From Octopus sinensis (lineage: Eukaryota), in assembly GCF_006345805.1 (NCBI RefSeq), contig NW_021831694.1, positions 1 through 48,946 on the forward strand: a stretch of DNA of 48,946 bases, read 5' to 3'. Shown here one piece after another: positions 1-11,462 of this stretch. How positions within the stretch are numbered: position 1 is the stretch's first letter; every line of letters starts with the position of its first letter. The position numbers were made by a program, and so were the translations under genes. The notes beneath the pieces were generated by a model. The model was not told the DNA's origin. It did no database searches and saw nothing but the letters and a program-made list of their open reading frames with translations.

Positions 1-53
1 TATATTATATTATAAATATATATATAACTATATATATATATATATATATATTA
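1..53. repeat. (TA)n microsatellite
   Basis: Direct: near-pure TA run at window start. Confidence 0.95.
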
Positions 54-446
54 TACAAAACAAGGGGCTAGTTGGAGATAAGATTAATAAAAAATTATTA
101 AAATTGACAAGACCAGACCTACACTTGTTTCAATTCATCACTTGCAGGATAAAAATTAACCAAATTTAATTTGATTTAACTAAATTAATTTAATTGATTA
201 CTATAAGTGAGAATATCTCCAGGGAAGGACGTACAGAGAAATTTATCATATATTAAAAGAATGAAAACATAAAAACAGGAAGAATACAGTCTACTATTAT
301 AGTTAAAAATATGTTCAGAGTTATAAAAATATAGTTATAAAAAAATATAGTTAGTCGTAAATTAATTCAGAGAATGATAATGCAGACATAGCCATACAAA
401 AATATGAATAATGGTGATCCGTAAAAAACAATACACAGGTTGTATG

Positions 447-644
447 TATTTGTGTCTGCCCCCACCCCATCCCCTGACAACCGATGTTTGTGTGTTTACA
501 TCCCAGTAACCTCGCGGTTCGGCAAAAGGGAGTGATAGAATAAGTAGTAGGCTTACAAAGAATAAGTCCTTGGCTCGAGTTGTTCAGATAAAGGCGGTAC
601 TCCAGCATGGTCGTAGTCAAAATGACTGAAACAAGTAAAAGAAT

Positions 645-684
<40 letters not shown>

Positions 685-945
685 TGTGTGTGTGTGTGTG
701 TTTGCGCGCGCGTGTGTGTGTGCGTGCGTGTGTGTGTGTGTATTGTGACTTTGTATCTGTGTTTGTCCTCCACCATCGTTTGGTTACTGGTGCTGCTGTG
801 CTTACATTCCCGTAACTTAGCGGTTCGGTAAAAGAAACCAATAAAAAAGTACCAGGCATAAAAAATGAAATAACTGGTATCGATTTGTTCGATTAAAATT
901 CTTCAAGGCGGTACTCCATAGTGGCCGCAGTCCAATGAGTGAAAA
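447..945 (+). mobile_element. Two tandem SINE-B 3' halves separated by (TG)n
   Basis: Both copies carry the tail ...ggcggt(a/g)ctcca..tggccgcagtc..atgactgaaac seen in full SINE-B copies (20047-20543, 40902-41274); (TG)n at ~650-740. Confidence 0.8.
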
Positions 946-1079
946 GAACCATTAAATTCCTGAGGGAAACTTAAAGCTAAGGGAGGTAACTCTTGTACCT
1001 CTCAGGGTCGTTTTACCTGTTAGAAATAGCAGCTCAAATGCTTTTAAATCAGATCTCAGTGCTGAATGTTTAAGAAACA

Positions 1080-1208
1080 AATAAAGGACAGATTTGCAAT
1101 CCTGCGATCATCCTGGTTTCAAGAAAGTATAGTATGTCTACGTAGAGCAAATGGAGACTGAGATACAGGTGCCCCAGACGGACAGAATTTAGCTTTTATT
1201 AATATAGA
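1080..1208 (-). mobile_element. Possible non-autonomous Helitron 5'-end fragment
   Basis: Minus strand begins A|TCTATATTAATAAAAG, the same end style as the Helitron at 18593-18985; no 3' CTAG end found. Confidence 0.35.
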
Positions 1209-1210
1209 TT

Positions 1211-1297
1211 AGATGCGTTCAAGAAGTATCCGATTTTATATTTTCTGCTAAAATTAATGCTGCGTGGGCAAAAGTCGGATCCCTTTTGAACGCACCT
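1211..1297. mobile_element. Short mariner-type MITE
   Basis: Imperfect terminal IR, 22/27 match: agatgcgttcaagaagtatccgatttt vs revcomp aggtgcgttcaaaagggatccgacttt. Confidence 0.55.
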
Positions 1298-1312
1298 TGC
1301 AATCTGATTCTC

Positions 1313-1570
1313 CTAGTCAAAAACAACACACAACTCGTTCGACAGATTTCTTACTCTTCCGACTTGGCACTGCGTGACTTCTAGTTCTTTCCCAAACTGA
1401 TAACGACGCTCAGTGAGAAAGGGTTTGAGTCACGCGAGGATCTTTTGAGAAAAACGACTGCGAAGCTTCATAGCATTCCAGAGAAGGTGTTCCAGTAATG
1501 TTATCAGCAGAGGCAAAACCGCTTGGAGAAGCCTGTGAACCCCAAAAGGGAGTATTTTGAAGGTGATGAT
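1313..1570 (+). pseudogene. Mariner transposase C-terminal remnant
   Basis: Manual translation LVKNNTQLVRQISYSSDLALRDF*FFPKL...GFESREDLLRKTTAKLHSIPEKVFQ*CYQQRQNRLEK...EYFEGD; degenerate YSPDLAPxDF motif, in-frame stops. Confidence 0.72.
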
Positions 1571-1634
1571 ACAAAATTTGTGAAATGCACAAATTGTTCC
1601 CGCACCGCCACCATCACCACCAAAGACCGGACTC

Positions 1635-1975
1635 ACGGTCATAGGATCGCGGTTTCGATTCTCAGACCGCGCGTTGTTAGTGTTTATTGATCGAAAACAC
1701 CTAAAGCTCCACGAGCCTCCGACAAGGGTTGGTGATGAACCCTGCTGCATTTTTCACCACAACTTTCTCTCATTCTTTCTTCCTGTTTGTGTCGTACTTG
1801 TATTTCAAAGGGTCAGTCTTATCACACTCTGTGTCACGTTGAATCTCCCTGAGAACTACGTTAAGGGTACACGTGTCTCTGGAGTGCTCAGCGACTTGCA
1901 CGTTTATTTCACGAGCAGGCTGTTCCGTTGATCGGATCAACTGGAACCCTCGTCCTCGTAACCGACGGAGTACCG
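1635..1975 (+). mobile_element. Chimeric SINE: SINE-C head/body joined to SINE-D tail
   Basis: 5' part matches 12961-13150 (ggatcgcggtttcgatt..gaaaacacctaaagctccacgag); 3' part matches 11463-11650 revcomp (gttgaatctc..gaactacgttaaggg..gtgctcagc.acttgcacg). Confidence 0.75.
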
Positions 1976-2228
1976 TAATAATGTGTTTGTGTAAGTGTGT
2001 GTATACACACACAGACACATTTATGTGTATATTTAGTATGAAATTAAAAAATGCTAAATTTATGGCAGGTTTTTACTTTCTCGCTTTTGCAGTTCCTTTC
2101 TTTTACCTTTCAGCGTTCAACAGATCGCATAGAGACCCATGCATCGGTGGAGGTTTAACGTAATTGCTAATAAGAGCCGTTGCCATAACCGTTTAATTTC
2201 TTGCAGGCTGAGAGCATATATCTCCATT

Positions 2229-2276
<48 letters not shown>

Positions 2277-2283
2277 TATTATA

Positions 2284-2324
<41 letters not shown>

Positions 2325-2346
2325 TATATGTACATACATATATCTA

Positions 2347-4347
2347 CCGTATTTGACGGCAATATTAGACGCACTGGCATATTAGACGCACCCCTCATTT
2401 CAGTAGGTCAAATTCATAAAAAAGTTTAAGTGTATTTAAGCATATATTGTTGAAAGCAGTCTAGCAGCACATTACAAAAGCCAGAAAATATTGCTGTATA
2501 AAAGCAAGCATACAAATTACAATAGTAATCATCTTTAATCATCTTTTTAAACCAGAAAACTCTTCATCATCTTCACCAGAAAAGTCTTCATCATCTTCAA
2601 AACAAGGAGCATCTTCATCACTACTGCTGGAATCACTGTCTTCAAATAATGCATCATCTTCTGTGCCATCAAGGCATGCTAATGCCACACTTCTTAAAAG
2701 TCTTCACAATGATTTCAGGCCTAACATCATCCCAAGATTTCTTCACCCACTCACACACTTCAGCAATGGTGGGTGGGCCGCTTTCATTCTTTCCTGTGGG
2801 TGTGAGGGCATGATGTGGCTCTGCATCCACTTGTTCCAATGTCCACGCATGTTCTGCTTAAATGGCTTATTCACAGACACATCTAAAGGCTGCAATTGGC
2901 TCGTCAGTCCACCAGGAATGAACAGCTAACTGCGTTTTCAATTCTCCCACACTTTTTTAATGGTTTCAGTTCTATGTGCTCTAAAACTGATCCCAAACCA
3001 GAAGAGAAGGTTTTCTTAATAGTCCACCAGGACGCCTTGACCATATATTTTGTCCACATTTTCATTCCATTTCGTCCATCCAGACCTTTTTCGTGAACAT
3101 GAACTGTACTAGACCACTCTTGGAATTTATCCTTAGGCTGAGTTTTTTTCTCTTAATATCAAAAGATGTGGGATTTTTTATGCCATCAGTACAACAGGCC
3201 AGAGCTACTGTATAGTGGGTCCTTTCGTGGCCAGTAGTTTTTATCGAAACGTTTTAGACCCTTTGACACTCACAGTCCTGTTGGATGGTACATCAAATGT
3301 GAGTGGAACTTCGTCGCATATTCCCTATTTGGCCCAGTTCAAAACAAGTTTTTCTTTCTTGCATTAATAACAAATCTATGAAAATCTAATATTTTTTCTT
3401 CATAATCAGCAAGCATTTTTGTGCCCAATGGATGTTTTTGTACGCATTGATAAACCCTTCCGTTTCATAAACCTGTAACATCAACCTCTGTTCCTGCAAA
3501 GTTCTGTTCCCTCGTTGTTCTGCTACTCTCATGGCCTCATGAATTATCATTTTGGTAGATACACTTCTTCCTGAGTTTCTCTCATCAAGCACCCACGTTT
3601 TTTATATCATCCTCAAGTTCTGGCCAATGTGGGGCTGGGCAACGAAGGTTATGTTTACTTTTCTGTGCTCTCATCAGCTGCTCTTCTGCTGTCGCCAGAC
3701 GTATCATTTTTTCTGTAGGTGGTGGCCCAAAAAACCCTTGCTGCTGTTCTATTTCCATGCTCCTTGGCATATCTAATCTACCACTCGTAGTTTGTAGGAG
3801 ATTTTGTAATTGATCCTTTTGCGCCATAGCCGTGAGGAGGCTTGTACTGTTGTAGTGTGTTTGTTCTATGATCATAACTTTTGTTGTACCAGATATCCAA
3901 CCTACACTCCGTATATACACGAACTCGCAAAGATCAATGTGCATTCCGTATTTTTACTCCTCACCGTCAGATGGCATCGAGTTAGGTTCCGATCAGCTGA
4001 TATTAGTAACGTGTGTCAATGGATCGCAGCCTAACAATTTACGGTAGATTGCTTTGATTTTTACGATAATTCGTATTTTAAAGTATTATACTGGAATAAT
4101 AATAATAATAATAATAATAAATAATAATAATAATAACTAGCAATAAAAATAATGATGATGCATGACACGGAAAATATCATTAAGGCTTTAGCGTAGGTAG
4201 AAAATACTTATCGTAAGCTAGTTAGTGAGCGTCTGGAGAAGATTAGCCTACGGGGGGGGTCTTGACTGCGGCGCATATTAGACGCAGGGCGATTTTTTGA
4301 GCCAATTTTTGGGAAAAACAAGTGGCCTATATTGCCGTCAAATACGG
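2347..4347 (-). mobile_element. Full-length pogo-type (Tc1/mariner superfamily) DNA transposon, 2001 bp
   Basis: Perfect 19-bp TIRs ccgtatttgacggcaatat (2347-2365) / atattgccgtcaaatacgg (4329-4347); TA on both sides (2345-46, 4348-49); subterminal atattagacgca repeats near both ends; internal transposase. Confidence 0.93.
2539..3827 (-). pseudogene. Frameshifted pogo/POGK-like transposase (Brinker-like DBD + CENP-B HTH + DDD catalytic domain + acidic tail)
   Basis: Frame-joined translation gives YAKEHGNRTAAR, HWPELEDDIKTWVLDER, GNMDEVPLTFDVP, TTGHERTHYTVALACC, LLVWDQFRAH, IPGGLTSQLQPLDVSVNKPFK and an acidic C-terminus; many 1-bp indels. Confidence 0.9.
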
Positions 4348-4429
4348 TATATAATACATTATATATATGATATATATATATATTTATTATTTAATTTATT
4401 TATTTATGTATACACACACATACCAAACA

Positions 4430-4790
4430 GAGGTGCAGGCGGGCGTGAGGGTTAGAAGCTTACTTTCCAACCTAATGGTTCCGGGTTCAGTTTTCCTTGC
4501 ATGGCACCTCGGACAAGCATCTTCTAATTTAGCGTCGGGTTATATGCACACACACACAAACTGTGGTATGTTTCTCTGTGTGGTGTTTATATATATATTT
4601 GTATATATATTTATATATATGCGAAGGGCTTCTTTTAGTTTCCGTCTACGAAATCCACTCACAAGGCTTTGCTCGGCCTGAGGCTATAACAAAAAGGCAC
4701 TTGCCTCAGGTGTCACGCAGTAGGACCTAACCCGGAACCCCGTGGTTGGGAAACAAGCTTCTTACCACACAACCACAAATGGACCTCAGC
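4430..4790. mobile_element. Two convergent SINE-B heads around a shared microsatellite
   Basis: Plus head ~4430-4540 (ggttccgggttcag..ggcacc); minus head ~4620-4790 (revcomp of agtttccgtctac.aaatccactcacaaggctttg). Confidence 0.7.
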
Positions 4791-4806
4791 CCATTTGTGT
4801 TATCAT

Positions 4807-4973
4807 TTATACTACACCAAACTTGGAACCTTCCCTCCATTGGATCTTGAGCCTACAGTGGACCGTGGACTGCATGCGGAGTACACCACTCTTGTGTGAT
4901 TTTACGTATATGTTGGGTGTATTTCTTCTATACTTGTTGATGTATGCGAAACTGGAAGCACGATTCGTATTTG
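4807..4973 (-). CDS. Candidate terminal coding exon, product unknown
   Basis: Acceptor tgtacctattatag|; open frame NTNRASSFAYINKYRRNTPNIYVKSHKSGVLRMQSTVHCRLKIQWREGSKFGVV*; non-repetitive island; no family recognised. Confidence 0.2.
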
Positions 4974-5269
4974 CTATAATAGGTACATAATTACACAGGT
5001 ATGCGGTTCTCGACTCTATCTTGGCGCCTGTGTTATTAAAATTGCTCGAGTCTGTTGGATCTTGAACCCGGGACCATGTGGATGAGAAACAAACTTCTAA
5101 CCACATAGCCACGCCTGCTCCTATTCATGTTAAAATGATTCCTTCAGCAAGCGCGAGAAGCTAACTTCAAATTTGTTTCGGTGCTATTAGACCTCATTAG
5201 CGTTATATATACCTCATCATATTTACCGAAGTGGAGATAACAGAATCTACAATAAGTATACAATACTGG

Positions 5270-5724
5270 TTTCAAATTTTGGCACAATGCCAGCAATTTC
5301 GGTGGGACGGGTAAGTCGATCTCATCAACCCAAGTGCTCAGCTGGTACTTATTTAATCGACCCCGAAAGGATGAAAGGCAAAGTCGACCTCGGCGGAATT
5401 TGAACTCAGAAAGTAAAGACGGACGAAATACCTATTTCTTTACTACCCACAAGGGGCTAAACACAGATGAGACAAACAAGGACAGACAAAGGGATTAAGT
5501 CGATTATATTGAAACCAGTGCGTAACTGGTACTTATTTAATCGACCCCGAAAGAATGAAAGGCAAAGTCGACCTCGGCGGAATTTGAACTCAGAACGTAG
5601 TGACAGACGAAATACCTATTTCTTTACTACCCACAAGGGGTTAAATACAGAGAGGACAAACAAGGACAGACAAAGGGATTAAGTCGATTATATCGACCCC
5701 AGTGCGTAACTGGTACTTAATTTA

Positions 5725-5779
<55 letters not shown>

Positions 5780-5990
5780 CCTTTCTACTGAAGGCACAAA
5801 GGCTCAAATTAGTGGGGAGGAGACTAGTTGATCACATCGATACCAGTGTTTCACTGGTACTTGATTTATCGACCCCGAAAGGATGAAAGGCAGAGTCGAC
5901 CACGGAGGAATTTGAACTCAGAACGTAGCGGCAGACGAAATACTGATAAGTATTTTGCCCGGCGTGCTAACGTTTCTGCCAGCTCGCCGC
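5270..5990 (-). mobile_element. SINE-A cluster with 184-bp tandem units
   Basis: gaactcagaa recurs at 5402 and 5586; A-box-like tggcagaa(a/t)cgttag and B-box gttcaaattcc on the minus strand; (TTA)n tail. Confidence 0.9.
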
Positions 5991-6860
5991 TTTACACGAT
6001 ATAATGTTGGGCAATAATACGCTCCAGTATGATGCAGCTATTGGTGACTGGGTATAAAGCCCCGATCTCTCGTAAAGGCCTTAACTCCTAAGTTAAACAA
6101 AGATGCATATTTGCGTTACTGTCAGAAAAACCAGATAAGCAGGTGAATGCTTCATTTCGCCCTAAGTACAGTCACACTCTCATTTTCCAACGTCGCAATG
6201 ATTCTGTAATAAAAAGGGTTTATTTTGTCTTTCCTTTCCTTGCATTATCTTATCTTATCTTTTCTTCTTTACATCATCTTTTGAAGCAGCTGAGAAGATG
6301 CAGAAAATGTTTTGTTGACACCATGGCAACTGGTATCTTAGGCTATATAAATCGAAAGCAAGAGAGAAAGATATGAAGAGAGAGAGACGTGGGGGGAAAG
6401 AGACAGACTGACAGAGACAGAGAGAGAGAATGGGAAAAGGAGAACATAGAAAGAGATGTTGTTGGCAGTGGTGGTGGTGGTGGCGGTGCTGGTGCTGGGG
6501 AGATACTTTTCCTCTGAAAGAATGTTTGAAAAAACAAAATCTTTCTGTGAAGCCAAAAGGAAAAGTTAGTATTATGTTTAAAGTGGAGCGAAATATAGAT
6601 TAACCGGCGTTCAGTACAACTCTTAGTGTTTGACTTCAAAGAAAAGAGAGAAAAAAAATACACATATCTAATTTCATTTTAAACAAAATATTACAGAGGG
6701 TGCTTTACTTTAAACAAACAGTTGTCCGACTAGGTTTCGCGTTAAACACCGTTTATGGATTACCTTTTATCATAAATAAACTGTGCGTATATTAGAGTTG
6801 GCTTTGAAGACGTTGCTATGTTATGTTTTTATTTTAAATAAAACTTATTAACGTTTACAG

Positions 6861-6959
6861 TTTGAAGCCTATTACGTGCATAGTTTGTTTGAAGTACAAC
6901 ATGAAACCTATTATGAGCAATATTTGCTTTCTGACTGAATCAGTAGGTAAAGCCAGGCT
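6861..6959 (+). CDS. Candidate 99-nt exon, product unknown
   Basis: Acceptor cttattaacgtttacag|, donor gct|gtgagt; open phase 2-2 frame LKPITCIVCLKYNMKPIMSNICFLTESVGKAR (alternative terminal frame FEAYYVHSLFEVQHETYYEQYLLSD*). Confidence 0.25.
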
Positions 6960-7609
6960 GTGAGTAAGTAAGCTAGCTTGTACTACACAACAGTGAAGCA
7001 GCCACGGTTTCCAGTGGTCCTCTGTCCTAAACCTTATATGCAAATCGGTCTATCCACCACCCACAAGCACGCAAATACACAGACAAAAAAAAAGAAAAAG
7101 AAAACACACACCCGACTTACACCGGCTCAGTTCTGTTTACAAGGGTGGATTAAGATTTCAGATTTAAGGTATAAAAATATAATTATCTCATATTATCAGT
7201 TCATTTTGTAAACATGTAATGTGTAAAAACTCTTTTAGTGTTGATATACCGGGTGCGGCGAAATCCGTCCCAGATTTCAGCAGTCTTGATGGGTAAAATA
7301 TGGAAGGTTTTACTGACATAGCCTGTACATTTATTATAAACAAGCTAAGGTAACCAACTCCACTTTTATAAATCATTCATAATTCTATGATCCGTAACAT
7401 ACCTAGTTCTTAATTCCTTCATTGAAAGTTATGATTTTAAATATTTGCTGAGGTGATTGTACTGGAATGTGATCTTTGATAGAGGTACCAGTCATACATT
7501 GCGGGACGTTCAATCGACTGAACACTCTCCCCGTTAATGCTTCTGATCTAATGTTTATATACATATATATATAAAATAAATCGAACTATTTTTCATTATT
7601 AAATTAAGG

Positions 7610-8240
7610 AGGAAGGCGGCGAACTGGCAGAATCGTTAGCACGCCGGGCGAGATGGTTAGCCGTATTTCGTCTGCCGCTACGTTCTGAGTTCAAATTCCG
7701 CCGAGGTCGACTTTGCCTTTCATCTTTTCGGAGGACGATAAATTAAGTTCCAGTTGCGCACTGCGTCGATGTAGTCGTCTAGCCCCACTCCCACAAAAGA
7801 ATTTCAAGGACTTATACCTAGAATAGAAATAATTATTATAAAAATCAGAAAGGAGGCGGGCTAGTGGCGCCGTTAGCACGCCGGGCGAAATGCGTAGCCG
7901 TATTTCGTCTGCCGTTACGTTCTGAGTTCAAATTCCGCCGAGATCGACTTTGCCTTTCATCCTTTCGGGGTCGATTAAATAAGTACCAGTTACGCACTGG
8001 GGTCGATGTAATCGACTTAATCCCTTTGTCTGTCCTTGTTTGTCCACTCTATGTTTAGCCTTTTGTGGGTAGTAAAGAAATAGGTATTTCATCTGTGGCT
8101 ACGTTCTGAGTTCAAATTCCGCCGAGATCGACTTTGCCTTTCATCCTTTCGAAGTCAATTAAACAAGTACCAGCTACGCACTTGGGTCGATGTAATCGAT
8201 TTAACCTCCTCCCCTCAAGCTACTCATCTGACAAAAATTT
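7610..8240 (+). mobile_element. SINE-A copies (monomer plus dimer)
   Basis: Heads aaggcggcgaactggcagaatcgttagcacgccgggcg; central gaggtcgactttgcctttcatcctttcggggtcga; ends in (ATT)n. Confidence 0.9.
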
Positions 8241-8279
8241 GAAATCATTATTATTATTAAAATAAGGAAATTCCATCAT

Positions 8280-8727
8280 ATTGGTTTCAAATTTTAGCAT
8301 AAAGCCAGCAATTTTGGTAAACGGAATAAGTCAATTACATCGTCCCCAGTGCCCATCTGGTACTTATTTTGTCGTCCCTGAAAGGATAAAAGCAAAATCA
8401 ATCTCGGGGGAATTTGAACTCAGAACATAAAGACGGACGAAATTCCGCTAAGCATTTCGTCCGGCGTGCTAATGATTCTGCCAGCTCGCCGCTTTAGATA
8501 ATATATCAATAATGGTTGTCAAATTTTGGCTCAACGCCAGCAATTTCGGAGTAGGGGATAATTCGGTAGCGTCGACACCAGTACATAACCAGTACTTATT
8601 TTATCGACTCTCGAAAGGATGAAAGGCAAAGACGTCCTGGGCTAAATTTGAACTGAGATCGTAAAGACGACGCAATGACGCTAAGCTCTTACCCGAAGTG
8701 CTAACGATTCTGCCAGTTCGCCGCCTT

Positions 8728-8769
<42 letters not shown>

Positions 8770-9975
8770 CCTTTCTACTGGAGGCACAAAGCTTCAAATT
8801 TGTGGGGAGGGGACTAGTTGATCACATCGACACCAGTGTTTCAGTAGTACTTGATTTATAGACCCCGAAAAGATGAAAGGCAAAGTCGACCCCGGCGGAA
8901 CTTGAACTCAGAACGCAAGGACGGACGAAATGCCGCTGAACATTTTCCCCAGCGTGCTAGCGATTCTGCCAGCTCGCCACCTTTATAATAATCTTTTCTT
9001 CTACAGGCACAATGCCTGAAATTGATGGGGAGGGGACTAGTCGATTACATCGACCGCAGTGTTTCACTGGTACTTAATTTATCGACCTCGAAAGAATGAA
9101 AGGCAAAGTCGACCTCGGCGGAATTTGAACTCACAACGTAGCGACAGGCAAAATACCTATTTCTTTACTACCCACAAGGGACTAAACACAGAGAGGACAA
9201 ACAATGACAGACAAACAGATTAAGTCGATTATATCGACCCCAGTGCATAACTGGTACATATTTCAACGACCCCGAAAAGATGGAAGGCAAAGTCTACCTC
9301 GGCGAAATTTGAACTCAGAACGTAGCGTCAGGCGAAATACCTATTTCTTTATTACCCATAAGGGGCTAAACACAGAGGGGACAAACAAGGACAGACATAG
9401 GTATTAAGTCGATTACATCGACCCCAGTGCGTAACTGGTACTTATTTAATCGACCCCGAAAGGATGAAAGGCAAAGTTGACCTCGGCGGAATTTGAACTC
9501 ACAATGTAACGCAGACGAAATACCGCTAAGCATCTCGCCCGGCGTGCTAACTTTTCTGCCAGCTCGCCGCCTTAATAATAATTATAATAACGGTCTCAAA
9601 TTTTGCAGCAAGGGCAGCAATTTAAGGGGAGAGGTTTAGTCGATTACATCGACCCCAGTGCGTAACTGATACGTAATTTATCGACCCCGAAAGAATGAAA
9701 GGCAAAGTGAACCTCGGTGGAATTTGAACTCAGATCGGAGCGACGGGCAAAATACCACTAATCATTTCGCCCGGCGCGTTAACGATTCTGCCAGCTTTGT
9801 TTACAAATTCGATAACATCGACCCTAGTACACAACTGGTACTTATTTTATCGACCCCGAAAGGATGAAAGGCAAAGTCGACTTCGGCGGAATTTGAACTC
9901 AGAACGTAACGGCAGACGAAATACGGCTATACATTTCGCCCGGCGTGCTGACGTTTCTACCAGCTCACCGCCTTA
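8280..9975 (-). mobile_element. Dense SINE-A cluster including a 184-bp trimer
   Basis: gaactc markers at 9127, 9311, 9495 (period exactly 184); about eight units in total; (AAT)n at ~8731-8769. Confidence 0.92.
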
Positions 9976-9989
9976 AAGTATTCAATTAA

Positions 9990-10140
9990 TAAGGCTGTAA
10001 AGAAGTGTGGCTCATTGTTTAGGTAAAGTTGTGTGTTCGGTTCCAGTCCGGGAAATGCATTGTGTTTGGGGGCAAACCAATTCGTTTCACGTTGCTCCAG
10101 TTTACTCAGCCGTAAATGAGTATCAATCGAGTACCAATAC
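9990..10140 (+). mobile_element. Degenerate tRNA-derived SINE 5' part
   Basis: tggctcattgtttag A-box-like, gttcggttccagtcc B-box-like, cacgttgctccagtttactcagccgtaaatgagta core related to 11630-11700 and 46850 revcomp. Confidence 0.5.
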
Positions 10141-10187
10141 AACTCTGCCTGTTTGACTGTGTCTGTCTCTTCTCTCTCCTTCTCTCC

Positions 10188-10220
<33 letters not shown>

Positions 10221-10270
10221 TTTCTCATTCTCTCTTTCCCCCTGTCTCCTTCCCCTCAACTGTCACATAC

Positions 10271-10329
10271 TGGGTGTTCCGCTGGGATAGGGAATAGGAG
10301 ACCGAGATAGTGTCAACGCCTGCTTGCGA
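10271..10329 (-). CDS. Candidate 59-nt internal exon, product unknown
   Basis: Branch point plus pyrimidine tract gctaattgtttttgatatctacgcag|, donor cca|gtatgt; open frame RKQALTLSRSPIPYPSGTP. Confidence 0.27.
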
Positions 10330-11462
10330 CTGCGTAGATATCAAAAACAATTAGCGGAAGCTGGGTACATGTCACTAACCCATTGCGCTCACGAGTGACT
10401 GCTTTCTGCATTGTGCTGTACTTATCTTAATAATGTGCTGCTATTAAAAATGATGTAATTTGTGCCAGATGGTGTTAGTCAATGACACATAATCTTACTT
10501 GGTGCTATCAAGTAAGACATACACTGATGGTGTTTATTAATTAAGCCATAAGCTGTGCCAGTTAAGGCTTCTAAATAAGATATTACTTTAATGGTGGAAT
10601 TGAATTATGCCCTGTCTTGCTTTAGGGACCTACAACTTCAGATATAATCATAGGAGTAGTTTCGTTATACATAGGCATCTAACCATGGGGAACCCATCCC
10701 TCTGTCGTTGACCACAGGAAATTTTTTTCATAAAGCAAGTAATAAATAAATAGAGAAATAAGAATTTGTCCGATTCCTGACCTGGTACTTTATTATTAAC
10801 CCCAAAAAGGGTGAGCGGCAAAGAATCTTGACGGGATTTAGCTGGTACCTATTATGTTGGACTATGTCTGGAAAATACGCCTTGAGAAATTTCGTCGTAG
10901 AGGGAAAATCGCCGTAAGGAAAGTTCTCCGCATGGACAATGATAAAGTGTATTTTATCAGAAGTTAAAAGGAAAAAATTAAAGGTTTTATAAAAACGTTA
11001 AATAGGCAAGTCTTTATTCAACGACAAATATTGTCTCAGCAACATACTGCAGACACATAAATAAGACCAAATGTGTAAGTGAAGAACAAATCTTCAGAGA
11101 GACGGAATAAAGCAAAACTAGTTATTTTATGGTTGGAGTGGTTAGAATTACATCCGGTTTGGTTTGGTTTGATGTGGTTTGATATGGTGAGGTTATTGCA
11201 TGGCTGACAAAAAGTTGAAGGGATCTACAGTGTGTATTCAAAAGAAAGTGGACTTTTCTCTAATAACATGAATGCTGCTCGGAGGGAGTAATACTGTGAA
11301 AAGGTGCTGAAATCGTGATGATCTCCAGTCCGGTGCTGATGTAAAGAATGTCGGCTACTACTACTCCTGCTGCTGCTGTTGCTGCTATAAGAGAGATTTT
11401 TTTCTGGTTTTTGCTAGTGTCTGGTGGGAGGTAAAATTGTTAATATAATAAAAAAAAAATTG

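Noticed and set aside
6314-6330. X-box-like gttgacaccatggcaac (and half-site gttgctatg at 6812)
   Set aside because: Spacing is non-canonical and no TSS or gene is identified; half-sites occur by chance.
11156-11172. ggtttggtttggttt as a telomeric repeat
   Set aside because: Only about three units and not TTAGGG/TTAGG.
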